A model generated the notes under the pieces. It was given only the letters and a program-made list of their open reading frames with translations, searched no databases and was not told the DNA's origin. DNA of 63,501 nt, counting the filler, from Octopus bimaculoides (lineage: Eukaryota): assembly GCF_001194135.2 (NCBI RefSeq). It is 8 parts of 7 records of this genome, joined end to end, with 100 filler letters (N's around TTAATTAATTAA, not from the genome) between each part and the next. Parts side by side here need not be neighbours in the genome. Positions count along the whole stretch, not along the records: positions 1 to 7,855 come from NC_068985.1; positions 7,956 to 13,489 come from NC_068996.1; 6 more parts are not named here. One strand, 5' to 3'. Position numbers and translations under genes: made by a program. Shown in pieces: positions 1-12,230 of the stretch; position 1 is the first letter of the stretch; each line of letters starts with the position of its first letter.

Positions 1-60
<60 letters not shown>

Positions 61-1268
61 GCATACATACACATGTTTTAAATACATCTTCTCTTCCCCA
101 CCTTTTCTTTCTCTCTATATAAATACACTTCGGTATGTGTTGTGTTTTTCTACACATAGTTATTGTGCAGAAAAACCATTTCGCTGAATTTTCCCATTTC
201 ACGGTATTGTACGTCTGCAAGAAAGAAATATGTAGTCTCAAAATATTTCTGTACTATAGAATTGTGTTTCTATAGCTTTATATGTATGTTTGTTTGTTCC
301 TAAGAACTATTGTTGAGCTTAAAATGATAGAAAATGTTTCTATTAGGCTTTCTTTTCACATTTCTTGTGTATGCATGGGTCTATGTATGTGTATGGAATG
401 TATGTATGTATGTATGTATGTATGTATGTATGTATGTATGTATGTATGTATGTGTGTATGTATGTATGTATGTGTGTCTGTGTACGTGCGTATGTATTTA
501 GGTTTGTAAGTATTATGTACACATTGTGTATGTATTTCTGTGTGTGTGGATTAATGTTTTTGAATAGACAGAATAAATACACACATACACCCCTACCCAC
601 CACAAATATGTATACTGGTGTGTATATACATATATATATATATATATATACGTTATGCAGGTATAAGTTAGAGGTGTTTAAAGCCTCTAAGGGACAGATA
701 TATCCAAAGGTACTCCTGGTAATTACCTCAGCAGGTATAGTCTTTGGTAAAAGGTATACAGCAACAGGTAATTTGGCGGGTAAACCGTAGTTTAATTTAT
801 ATTGACGATAAGAAAATGGAGGAAAAATAACAATTAGAAGTGTGTCTTTTGCGCTAGGAAGCCATTATTTAATTAGTTAAGAAAAATGAGAGTGAGAGTG
901 AGTTTACGATCGTTTCTGTGTACTATGGTGAGGAAAATATATATTTTTGCCTCGTTGCTAATGGTAGACATCATCAGAACGAAGAAGTCAGAGGTGAAGA
1001 AGAGCGAAAGGTAGAGAGATACATCAGAAAAGAAAATGATCAAAGGTTCGAAAGTCTTACGTTATAGTTAGATTCACTGCTCATTAAGTCCGTTGTGAGG
1101 TGGAAGAAAAATAGAAGTTAGTTGAACCAGTGATCTCGCGGTCATTTAATAGTATGGCTTCCACGTGTCTGTGACTTCTGGGGGATGACCGGCAGTGTAA
1201 TGTAAGGGAGTTAACCCTAAAGGGATAACCGGGTCAGTAAGTTACAGGTTGTAGGCGGTTCGTATTTA

Positions 1269-1317
1269 CAAAGCCTTGCGAGTGGATTTGGTAGACGGAA
1301 ACTGAAAGAAGCCCGTC

Positions 1318-1399
<82 letters not shown>

Positions 1400-1624
1400 G
1401 TATATATTTGTGTGTTTGTGTCTGTGTTTGTCCCTCCACCATCGCTTGACAACCGATATTAGTGTGTTTATGTCCCCGTAACTTTGTGGTTCGGCAAAAG
1501 AGACCGACAGAATAAGTATTAGGATTACAAAGAATAAGTCCAGGGGTCGATTTGTTTGATGAAAGGCAGTACTCCAGCATGGCCACAGTCAAAAGGACTG
1601 AAACAAATAAAGGAATAAAAGAAT
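1269..1624 (+). mobile_element. SINE family A, 5'-truncated, with internal (TA)n/(TG)n microsatellite
   Basis: Shares blocks GGATTTGGTAGACGGAAACTGAAAGAAGCCCGTCG, GGTTCGGCAAAAGAGACCGA and CCAGCATGGCCACAGTCAAA..GACTGAAAC with more than 10 other copies in the window. Confidence 0.85.
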
Positions 1625-1628
1625 ATAA

Positions 1629-1788
1629 AAATATATAATTTTGCATTTTAAATACCTTGTAAGGAAAATTATCAGGGTGTTCAGAGGACAATAAGGATTC
1701 TATAAGCATCATAAAGTAATCCTTATTGTCCTCTGAATACCCTGATGATTTTCCTTACAAGGTATTTAAAATGGAAAGTTATATATTT
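1629..1788. repeat. Imperfect inverted repeat: ~71-bp arms, 18-nt loop (hairpin or MITE-like)
   Basis: 1629-1699 is the reverse complement of 1718-1788 apart from about four substitutions. Confidence 0.9.
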
Positions 1789-2831
1789 ATATGTGCTTTG
1801 TAATTTTAATTTTGTTTGTGAAATGAAACAATTGTTGCCGGATATGTTGATTGATTAATAAATCAATTTGTATCCATGAGATCCAGACAGACGATACAAG
1901 GAAAACAAGATCATATCATTCGGAATTCTCCATTCTCAGTCGAGTTCCAGATTATTTTTGCAATTTCACCTGGTTATACTCTTTTTGTATATATAATATA
2001 GCGGCGTACGTACACTTTGGTCTCACTTGTATATGTTCCCATTTCCAACATTGGCAATGCTTATATAAGCAAGAATTAGACAAATCGTGGCACAAAAGAC
2101 TATCAGACATGTGCAGAATGCCTCGCCGGCTCGCATCTCGCCAGTCCATATGTGGGTTCGAACCTCTTTCATCTTGCAACCACTGCATTAGATAATGTAA
2201 TACTTTATATATTGATAAAAAGAAGAAATCATCAAGGATGGAATGCTTTCGATCACAAGTCCGCTCAATCACTGATGTCCTGAAGATAAACAAGAACAAG
2301 AACAACAACACAACAGTAACAAAAACAACTGAACTGTAAAGATGTGTCTCTATGTTCGTTGTTGCAATTCACTGAATATACTATGGAATTATATCAGTTC
2401 CTTATTTNNNNNNNNNNNNNNNNNNNNNNNNNNNNNNNNNNNNNNNNNNNNNNNNNNNNNNNNNNNNNNNNNNNNNNNNNNNNNNNNNNNNNNNNNNNNN
2501 NNNNNNNNNNNNNNNNNNNNNNNNNNNNNNNNNNNNNNNNNNNNNNNNNNNNNNNNNNNNNNNNNNNNNNNNNNNNNNNNNNNNNNNNNNNNNNNNNNNN
2601 NNNNNNNNNNNNNNNNNNNNNNNNNNNNNNNNNNNNNNNNNNNNNNNNNNNNNNNNNNNNNNNNNNNNNNNNNNNNNNNNNNNNNNNNNNNNNNNNNNNN
2701 NNNNNNNNNNNNNNNNNNNNNNNNNNNNNNNNNNNNNNNNNNNNNNNNNNNNNNNNNNNNNNNNNNNNNNNNNNNNNNNNNNNNNNNNNNNNNNNNNNNN
2801 NNNNNNNNNNNNNNNNNNNNNNNNNNNNNNN

Positions 2832-3037
2832 NTTTACCGATAAAGGTTTTTTCATACTGAACTACTTGGCAAAATTGTTAATTATTAATTTTATTACTAA
2901 TTGACGATTCCCTGCCTTATATCTGTATATATATATATATATACAGATATAAGGCAGGGAATCGTCAATTAGTAATAAAATTAATAATTAACAATTTTGC
3001 CAAGTAGTTCAGTATGAAAAAACCTTTATCGGTAAAA
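2832..3037. other. Perfect ~206-bp palindrome centred on (TA)n, abutting a gap; probable assembly fold-back
   Basis: Arms are exact reverse complements, the centre at 2934/2935 lies in a self-complementary TA run, and the left arm starts at the N gap. Confidence 0.75.
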
Positions 3038-4844
3038 CCATTTTGTGTGTGCCATAAATATCGCCATCCGTTATATATATATAGCCACAATTTTCGAGGG
3101 TAACAAAATGTGATAAATATTCTTTAAGATGTTCCCAAGTTGCATTACTGGAATTGGTTCCAGTCAAAATTGAATCTTTTTGCTGCCATGTGTCATGTCA
3201 AGGATCAAAGTGGGAAGTTTCTACCTGGAAGCGGGGTAAAATGAAAGGCAAATTCAATTTGAAAGAACACAAAGAATCTAATTTCTGTCTCTTACTTCCA
3301 ACGACATAATTTCTATCGCGCTTTGGTATACCAGATAATAGACACGAAACCTGTTACCAATCTTCTCTCATGTATCACAGAACAGTGAATCAATTTAAAA
3401 CAATTTATTGTAGACTTAATAAGACTTTGATAATTTTTTCTTTCTACTGCTTTTCTTTTTCAAATATAAAAAATTCTCATCTTTGGTAATTTATCTTTGA
3501 ATGTTANNNNNNNNNNNNNNNNNNNNNNNNNNNNNNNNNNNNNNNNNNNNNNNNNNNNNNNNNNNNNNNNNNNNNNNNNNNNNNNNNNNNNNNNNNNNNN
3601 NNNNNNNNNNNNNNNNNNNNNNNNNNNNNNNNNNNNNNNNNNNNNNNNNNNNNNNNNNNNNNNNNNNNNNNNNNNNNNNNNNNNNNNNNNNNNNNNNNNN
3701 NNNNNNNNNNNNNNNNNNNNNNNNNNNNNNNNNNNNNNNNNNNNNNNNNNNNNNNNNNNNNNNNNNNNNNNNNNNNNNNNNNNNNNNNNNNNNNNNNNNN
3801 NNNNNNNNNNNNNNNNNNNNNNNNNNNNNNNNNNNNNNNNNNNNNNNNNNNNNNNNNNNNNNNNNNNNNNNNNNNNNNNNNNNNNNNNNNNNNNNNNNNN
3901 NNNNNNNNNNNNNNNNNNNNNNNNNNNNNNNNNNNNNNNNNNNNNNNNNNNNNNNNNNNNNNNNNNNNNNNNNNNNNNNNNNNNNNNNNNNNNNNNNNNN
4001 NNNNNNNNNNNNNNNNNNNNNNNNNNNNNNNNNNNNNNNNNNNNNNNNNNNNNNNNNNNNNNNNNNNNNNNNNNNNNNNNNNNNNNNNNNNNNNNNNNNN
4101 NNNNNNNNNNNNNNNNNNNNNNNNNNNNNNNNNNNNNNNNNNNNNNNNNNNNNNNNNNNNNNNNNNNNNNNNNNNNNNNNNNNNNNNNNNNNNNNNNNNN
4201 NNNNNNNNNNNNNNNNNNNNNNNNNNNNNNNNNNNNNNNNNNNNNNNNNNNNNNNNNNNNNNNNNNNNNNNNNNNNNNNNNNNNNNNNNNNNNATATATA
4301 TATATATATATACATATATATATTTACATACATTCACACACACACACATATACATACATATAGATGAATATAGATATACAAATATATTGAGAGATAATTA
4401 GAGTGATAAAAGTGTATGTTGAAAGATAACTAAATTGTTATCAGTTGTCAGGAACTAGATTGATGATAATTCTCAATGTTAAAGCAATAAATATTCAATT
4501 TTAGAGATTTAAGTTCGATTCTGGTACGGACATACAATATCTATTTTGTTTCATAGAAACGTGACCTCAGATTTATGGAGGAAAACTAATAAGGCTCTTT
4601 AAGAGTCTTCTGGCATCTAAAAGATCCCTTTTAAATAATTTCTTTAACGAGCCAATGAAGACCTTGTATATGGTCGCCTGACCTGCTTGACATTGCAGCT
4701 AAAGCTCACTCAAAGCCAAACTGCAGCTCTATAGTACAAGAATGGAAACATCAGATAGAAAACAGGCTCTGATGTATTTGATCGTAGGCTTATTTAATAG
4801 AAGTTAATTTTATCATTTTAATGATTTTCCAAGCATTGGAGACA

Positions 4845-4885
4845 ACCCTGGGCACGTTTCGGTCTTATGATCTCATCAGCAGATC
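4845..4885 (-). ncRNA. Degenerate hammerhead-like motif (probable PLE end relic)
   Basis: Minus strand reads CTGATGA-GATC-ATAA-GACC-GAAAC-GTG. Core is intact, but stem II has a mismatch, the triplet is GUG and stem I does not pair. Confidence 0.35.
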
Positions 4886-5399
4886 ACATACTTTACCGTA
4901 CTTGTCGAAGTAATGATGAGAGAATAACTTAGTAAATAGTGTCTAAGAATGTACACGGTTTGAAGTAATGATTAAAATAACATCTGTCAATGACTCATAA
5001 TGTTTAGTAGGATGAATAGGACAATGGAATGGGGTGCAATTAGAAGAGAAAAGATGTTTTGTAAATATCAAGGGCTAGGGTATGTAACTGAGAAAATAGC
5101 GAGTGGATAGTGGTATGCATGATTAGATGAAGTGTAAGCTAGAATGGCCTAAAATGTAGCGGTGGGGGTAGATTTTGGAGTGGAGGCAGAAACCTTATGG
5201 AAAGAAATTGAGGTTGAGGTAACAGTTACAGAAAAAAATTGTGACTGGGGTAGTGAGTTTTAGTAAAATCGAGTGTCGAGAATTGAAAAGATATGTAGTG
5301 ACAGCTAATAATAAAGGATGTCAGAAATTGTTTGAAACGATGATGCAATTAACGGAGAAAAAATCTGAGATTCAACATCGTGACGTAAGGGGCCCCTAG

Positions 5400-6620
5400 A
5401 AATTTGCTCAGCTTTTATTGACTACCCTAGCCTCTCCACTTGTATCTTCCTTACAAACCTAATAACTGCAGTTTCATCCTCGATTTTACCTAAGTTAAGT
5501 AGCCGTGACTTAAAGATCTAATCGTACCAAAGGGTCTTCAATTCCATACAGTGTGGTCACCCTCCACCAGACGCTATCCACGGTTGTACCTTCATGCCTC
5601 GTATCGTTCCTACCACCAACTGCCTTCTCAGAAATAGTGTCCAAAAGAATACCAGAGAACTAAGATATTATGAGCTTAAAAGAGTACTCCAGGACAGTCA
5701 CTACCCAATTCAATTCATAAATGGATTAAACGTGCAAAATCGATTGACATACAAACATTAAGAACAGTCGAACGCAATAATACATCTACTCTGAAAACAT
5801 TAACTTATGTCTCCACAGAGAATCCCAGAAACAAAGAAGCATTCAACGTTATTGTGCAAAATCTCCCGATACTCCATAAGGATCCAATAAAAGAAGTAAA
5901 CAACCAAAGACATTAAAGAACATTCTCACAAATGCTAAATTACTTTCAAGAATAACAGACGCAAGAGTAAAAAATCGTGGTCGTCCTAACTGCGGAACAT
6001 GTCCCAATCTTTTGGAAGGTTCAGAATTCCATTTTAGACAAGGAAAAAAATTCAAAGTTAAATCCAACTTCACTTGCATCTCTGAAAGCCTCATTTATGT
6101 AATCAGATGCTCGGGCAGCCATAAAAAACTGCATAAGATCGACAGGAATGTCGATCAGACAGAGATGTATTCTCCACAGAGAACAGATATCCTCCCCACA
6201 ATATCACCAGATATATCTCTGCGAACACATTGACAGATGTGCAGAACAACTGCAACCACAATTCCTAATCTACCCATTATATCAATTTGCTATTTGGAAC
6301 TCAACACAAGTACGACTAAATAAAAAGGCGTCATTTATCGAAAAATATAAGTTGGAATTAAATATAAACCCATATTGAAAATTAAAGATTTATCCCAACT
6401 ATTGTAAGAACCAAATGTAGACCAATACTAAAAATTACAGATTTACCTCCCCTTTACTGTAAAATACCTTGGTTACCAATTACTCCCACTAAGAAACAAA
6501 TAGTCTAATTCAAAAATTCATCCAAAACTCATAATTTGAAAAGCGATAGCGAAACCGGTTATTATGTTGGAAGAAAGAAATCTTATTTAGTACAATATTA
6601 TATAATACTTTTGCTATTTT
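5400..6620 (+). pseudogene. Penelope-like retroelement 3' part: RT thumb region, Cys motif and GIY-YIG endonuclease, frameshifted
   Basis: Translations YELKRVLQDSHYP, KQPKTLKNILTNAK, RGRPNCGTCPNLLEGSEFHF, FTCISESLIYVIRCSG then (+1 shift in an A-run) NCIRSTGMSIRQRCILHREQI...CEHIDRCA...FIEKYKLELN match the PLE GIY-YIG layout. Confidence 0.85.
6530..6566 (+). ncRNA. Minimal type-I hammerhead ribozyme at the PLE 3' end, U3:A8 variant core
   Basis: CATAAT-TTGAAAA-GC(GATA)GC-GAAA-CCGGT-T-ATTATG: perfect 6-bp stem I, 2-bp stem II, palindromic AACCGGTT stem III, GUU cleavage triplet. Confidence 0.7.
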
Positions 6621-6773
6621 GATTCTAATATATTCTTTAGTCCTTTAAAACAAATGTTTTGTGTTTTTTCATCTTATTTCTTTCCGTATATATANNNNNN
6701 NNNNNNNNNNNNNNNNNNNNNNNNNNNNNNNNNNNNNNNNNNNNNNNNNNNNNNNNNNNNNNNNNNNNNNNTA

Positions 6774-6804
<31 letters not shown>

Positions 6805-7855
6805 ATATGTACAAAATCGAACACATGTACACAAGGTATGTGTGTGTTGTTAGTTTGTGGGTCGGCTGTATTTTAAGCGTAAGAGAATAAATTCTCAATG
6901 CGCTTGGTTTTAAAAACTCCTGAAAGTGAGTCATAAGCAAGCGAGACAACTCACATCAGGTCCCTTCTCGGAGCGACAAACATCGATGTTCCGTCATCGT
7001 CGTAACTTTTCAATGCCACGTACCGAACATGGCCTGCTGCAAGCTATATCACCGACTGTGACAATATGCTAAATCGCTTAAAAACCATCTACTGGTATGT
7101 CCCTATGTTTATTGCCATGGAAAAATTCCAATATGAATTAGAAGCAGCTCCGGGTATATAATCAAAATCGAACACAAGGTGTGTGTGTGTATGTGTGTGT
7201 GTGCGTGTGTGTGTATGTGTGTTCGCGCGTGTGTGTATGTGTGTGTATGTGTGTGTGCGTGTGTGTGTGTGTGTGCTCGCGCCTGTGTGCGTCTGCGTGT
7301 GTGAGTGTGTGTATGCATCCGTGCGTGTGTCTTTCCCTACTATGCTTACATGCCTACACACATACACACACAAACATACACACATACACACATACAAACT
7401 AATATATATATGTATATTTATACACATACACATATACATACACCCCCACACACACGAACACACACACATATATATGAATATATATATGTATGTATACTAT
7501 TGTATTGCAATTAATTTTTTTATTTCATTTATATATTTTCCTTGTTACTTTTCAATTGTTTTGTATTTTCTAACCATTGAGTGAGCACCTATAAACACTG
7601 TTCACCTATAAATATTCCACTACTGTCTATTGTAAATTAATTTAAGTGAAACACAGTAGCTCTGAGTTCTAATAAAAGGAAATTTCAACACTACATTAAA
7701 TATTTACTCTCTACTTTTGCATCGAGTACTTTTCCCTCTTCCTTGTAAATTCAAACGCTTAAAAACATACAGACATACTAACACGCATACTCATATTGGC
7801 TCATACAGAAAGTGTGTAGGATAATATATACATATGTAGGTATATATAAATATAT

Positions 7856-7955
7856 NNNNNNNNNNNNNNNNNNNNNNNNNNNNNNNNNNNNNNNNNNNNT
7901 TAATTAATTAANNNNNNNNNNNNNNNNNNNNNNNNNNNNNNNNNNNNNNNNNNNN
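7856..7955. other. Artificial scaffold-joining spacer (44N-TTAATTAATTAA-44N)
   Basis: Exactly 100 bp with a six-frame stop linker at 7900-7911; identical design recurs seven times. Confidence 0.95.
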
Positions 7956-9830
7956 TGTAGCCTGAAGGGAGGAGGAATTTTGCTTCTGGGACCAAAGTGG
8001 TGGGGTGGGGGGTGGGGGCGTTGCTTGTATTTTATTAATTCCACATTATTTTTTTACTAAGTAAGGTACCTCCACTGGTTTCGCGGCGATTTTGTTCGCC
8101 TTTGGTTGCGTTGGATTTGTTGAAAAGTTCCTGTGGGCAACGCCGGAATTTTTTTCTGACGCAAATATTTTATTGAAGACTGTTGTAACAGGATTGTTGT
8201 CTCTGTTTATGGACATTCTAGTACTGATTGCTGTTAATTATAAAGTGAGCATCTGATTGTGTGGGAAAATTATTTGGATGTCGTGGATTACCCAGGCCTG
8301 GCCAGGAGTTCGAATAGGCCAGAGGACAGTGGACNNNNNNNNNNCCTGGCCAGGAGTTCGAATAGGCCAGAGGACAGTGGACATTTTAACTGTGCATTTT
8401 TTAAACTGTTTTTCTTGCTTTTTTGTTTTATCTTTTTCTACAGTTAACTGTGAACATGAAAAGAAAGATCTAATAATAACATTATGTTGGAGTGGGAGAT
8501 AAACCCACCCAAAGAATGGGTGAAAGATTTGAAAGAGAGGACGGTNNNNNNNNNNNNNNNNNNNNNNNNNNNNNNNNNNNNNNNNNNNNNNNNNNNNNNN
8601 NNNNNNNNNNNNNNNNNNNNNNNNNNNNNNNNNNNNNNNNNNNNNNNNNNNNNNNNNNNNNNNNNNNNNNNNNNNNAAACTGTATGGTTGCTGTTCGAGA
8701 ACCCGGAGATGGTGTGTAAGTTCGCCGGTCAGCCCCTGGAAGGGGAAAGAATTCTGTTTCTCCTCTCATATTGTGGGAGAAAATGCAAGCGTGTGNNNNN
8801 NNNNNNNNNNNNNNNNNNNNNNNNNNNNNNNNNNNNNNNNNNNNNNNNNNNNNTAGCAGTAAGGACACCAAATTGTTAAATGTAAAAATGTCGCCGGCAG
8901 CTGATTGGGTCGCGGCTAAAGCCGTGTTGATTCTGTGGACCCAGTCAGCCGCTGACAGTCTGGTTTTTCCAGATTACTTGACTATGGCTGGATCTAGGCA
9001 TCCTGTGATCCTTGAGGGACGCCCCCCNNNNNNNNNNTGACTATGGCTGGATCTAGGCATCCTGTGATCCTTGAGGGACGCCCCCCCACCCCCCAAGTGT
9101 CACGGATGCCTGGAGTCCGGTCATATAAAGAAGGATTGTCGCCGAGACCAGAGAGTGGCCCAGGAGCAGTCAGTTAATAAAGAACGCAGTCCTTTCTCAG
9201 CAGGTGGAAAAAAATGAGGAGGTGGAGGCCTTGCATGAAAGAGGGGAAAAAGAGAAAGGCGGGCATTGATAGGAGCCCACCGAAACCTCCCACCGAAACC
9301 TTACATAGATAATGTAGAGGTGGAAGGGGGATTAAAGCCCNNNNNNNNNNNNNNNNNNNNNNNNNNNNNNNNNNNNNNNCCCACCCCTCCCATCGGCAAA
9401 AAGAGAAAACGGAAAAAGAATGGTATGCGAACGGTTGAGTTGCCGACGGACGTTGAACCATCGTCGGCTGGAAATGTGCCTATCCCGTCCCCGGAGGGAG
9501 AGGAAATATTGAGGTGAAGAGGTGGAGGAAAAAAGCTGGAAAAGCACCAAAAGGGAGCGGCTTAATGAGAAATATAGCTTGTGGCCGGGCGACGCCGACA
9601 CGCCAGTCGATTTCCTTTTAGTAGCAATGAACATAAGGAACAGTGTAAGAAGCTTGTTGCCTCACATATAAGAGAAACATGTTTCCGGGGATCAGACAGT
9701 CGGGCGCTGCTTGTTCCCCCCNNNNNNNNNNCCCCCCACCATTTATTCATTAATCATTCACTTTTCCCACATAACATTATGTCTATGTCCAGCCCATAGC
9801 TTCCCTTTTTCTGTATGAGGCCTTTATAGT
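7956..9830 (+). mobile_element. Non-LTR retrotransposon (Tx1/L1-like) 5' region and gag-like ORF1 with CCHC zinc knuckle
   Basis: GC-rich segment; 9098-9139 encodes CHGCLESGHIKKDC (CX2CX4HX4C) just after VILEGRP, followed by a Lys-rich region. The ORF is broken by gaps, and the clade call is from recalled motif pattern. Confidence 0.65.
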
Positions 9831-9848
9831 CAATCTTAATGAAATAAA

Positions 9849-10394
9849 GAAGCTTGCTTACCAACCACATGGTTCCGAGTTCAGTCCCACTGCGTGNNNN
9901 NNNNNNGAAGCTTGCTTACCAACCACATGGTTCCGAGTTCAGTCCCACTGCGTGGCTCTTTAGGCAAGTGTCTTCTACTATAGCCTTGGGCCGACCAAAG
10001 CCTTGTGTGTTGGTTTGGTAGACGGAAACTGAAAGAAGTCCGTCGTATATACATATAACAGGCAACACACACACACACAAACATCTATATATATATATAT
10101 GTANNNNNNNNNNATAACAGGCAACACACACACACACAAACATCTATATATATATATATGTATGTGTATGTATATGTGTGTCTGTGTGTGTATCTGTGTG
10201 CGCGTGTGTCATTGTGTATGTGTTTGTCCCCCACGACCACTTGACAACCGGTGTTGGTAGATTTATGCTTCGGTAAACTAGCAGTGAGGCAAAAGAGATC
10301 GATAGAATTAAGTAGGGGTTTGGAAGAGAAATTCTGATTCAAGTCGGTGCCCCACCATGGCTACCGTCAAATGACTGAAGCAAGTAAAAGATTA
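9849..10394 (+). mobile_element. SINE family A, near full length (two 10-N gaps)
   Basis: tRNA-like head with B-box-like GGTTCCGAGTTCAGTCCC, internal microsatellite and family-A tail. Confidence 0.85.
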
Positions 10395-10404
10395 AAAAAA
10401 TTAT

Positions 10405-10449
<45 letters not shown>

Positions 10450-10545
10450 NNNNNNNNNNNNNNNNNNNNNNNNNNNNNNNNNNNNNNNNNNNNNNNNNNN
10501 NNNNNNNNNNNNNNNNNNNNNNNNNNNNNNNNNNNNNNNNNNNNN

Positions 10546-10582
<37 letters not shown>

Positions 10583-10583
10583 G

Positions 10584-10728
10584 CAGGCTTCTTTCAAATC
10601 CACCCACAAGGCATTGGTGGCCCGGAGATATAGCAGAAGACACTTGGCCAAGGGGTCACGCAGGGGAACTGATCCCGAAACCGTGTGGTTGGGAAGCAAG
10701 CTACTTACCGCACAGCCACTCCTGCGCC
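10584..10728 (-). mobile_element. SINE family A head
   Basis: Minus strand GGCGCAGGAGTGGCTGTGCGGTAAGTAGCTTGCTT with A-box-like and B-box-like motifs. Confidence 0.8.
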
Positions 10729-10911
10729 TATATNNNNNNNNNNNNNNNNNNNNNNNNNNNNNNNNNNNNNNNNNNNNNNNNCACACACACACACCAGATA
10801 AAGGATAATTCTTCTTTTCTTAACAACTTGGCCAGGATAATCCAACCCACCTTTCTTCGGAGAAACCAGTCAGAGTTACAACAAAGGTATTAGCATGTCG
10901 GTAGTTTAGAG

Positions 10912-10950
10912 CAGGAGTTCTCAACGACTTTTTAAATGTAGAACCCCCAC
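10912..10950 (+). mobile_element. hAT-type MITE terminus truncated by a gap
   Basis: CAGGAGTTCTCAAC preceded by TTTAGAG; matches the right TIR of the element at 28850-29236. Confidence 0.45.
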
Positions 10951-11929
10951 NNNNNNNNNNNNNNNNNNNNNNNNNNNNNNTTTTTTTTTTTTCCATATAT
11001 AATTAATTGTCATATTTTGTGTATTGAGGACGTAAAACCAATTTATTGCACTTAGACTTTACATGGTGCCTGAAAATTTATCGTGGAACCCCAGTTTAGT
11101 ATATTGCATCCGTGGACCCTTCAAAGTCTTATATAAGACGTGGGCTGTCTGACGGGGATGGGGAGAGAGAGAGAGAGAGAGAGAGAGACAGTGATAGATA
11201 GATAGAGAGGCAGACAGATGGGTAGATTGACTGGCAGGGCAGGCAAACAGGGAGACAAACAGGTCGACAGACTGACACAGGCTGTTACGATACACGAAAC
11301 AGATGAGACAGACAGAAAGGCATTTGATAACATCAGGGAAGAGGTGAGAGATAGAAAAAGAGCTAGAAAATAGAAAAAGGCGATAATTTAAATAGAGTTA
11401 GTCAGGAGGGACGGTGTACAGATGGTGGAGTTGGCTGAGAGACACCTTGTCTATCAACCAATTTGTCCATCTTTCCGCCAATCTTTCTCACTCTCCATCC
11501 GTCAAATTCTTCCCACTTNNNNNNNNNNNNNNNNNNNNNNNNNNNNNNNNNNNNNNNNNNNNNNNNNNNNNNNNNNNNNNNNNCTCTGTCTCTCTCCCTC
11601 TCTTTCCAAACAACTCTCATTCTTCCCTCATTCAGTTTCCGTCTCCCAAAATTCAATATAATTCATAATGCCTGTAGCATGAATAAATAACACGAATAGC
11701 GTTAGTTATTTGACAGCCTGAGCGAGTGGAAGTATCCACGGTAATGATCTTCGTTGATCAATCCAACAAAATGACCTCCACCACTTTCAAACAGTATGCA
11801 TTATAACTTACTCCTTCTCAGGCCAAAAACGACCGCACTTCTATCTCCCCACCTCTCTCACTTTAGAAATTTGTCTAAACCGTTCGCATCCTAACTGTTC
11901 GCGAAAAAAGTGTGTTCATTATGTTGATG

Positions 11930-12230
11930 AACTTTCGTAACATTACTCCACTTTATCGGTATAACCTCCATGTAATCAGATCGATCGTAGACCTCCACTC
12001 GTGTGTCAGCTAATAGCCTATCACCCTTGAGAAATTTGACAATAGCAATGTTGTTTCATTTGAGGTCAATAAGACCATCAATCGCAAATGATACAACACC
12101 CCCTAGCTAAACTACTTGCCTACGGTCTACCTCTGTCTCATTTCTTGGATTGGAAGCTTCCCCTCGGATTACACTGCAGCTTATGAATGAGCTCCCTCTG
12201 ACGCAGATTCTCTTTTTTTTGCATCAGTTC
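11930..12230 (+). pseudogene. Highly decayed LINE RT fragment (CR1/L2-like)
   Basis: Residual peptide LAKLLAYGL followed by a SWIGSF-like segment; many stops and frameshifts. Confidence 0.35.

Noticed and set aside
650-1260. Purine-rich stretch that may be a minus-strand LINE endonuclease relic
   Set aside because: No motif could be read with confidence in any frame.
2832-3037. Perfect 206-bp palindrome as a biological cruciform or hairpin element
   Set aside because: Zero mismatches, a centre in a self-complementary (TA)n and one arm ending at a gap are typical of an assembler turning back on itself. Only raw reads could rescue it.
6812-7185. Short direct repeat CAAAATCGAACAC...ACAAGGT ~350 bp apart
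   Set aside because: Too short, and no element could be defined between the copies.
8295-10150. Short exact tandem duplications (about 8295/8345, 8989/9038, 9849/9907, 10055/10114)
   Set aside because: Each pair flanks a 10-N gap; these are contig-overlap (negative gap) artefacts.
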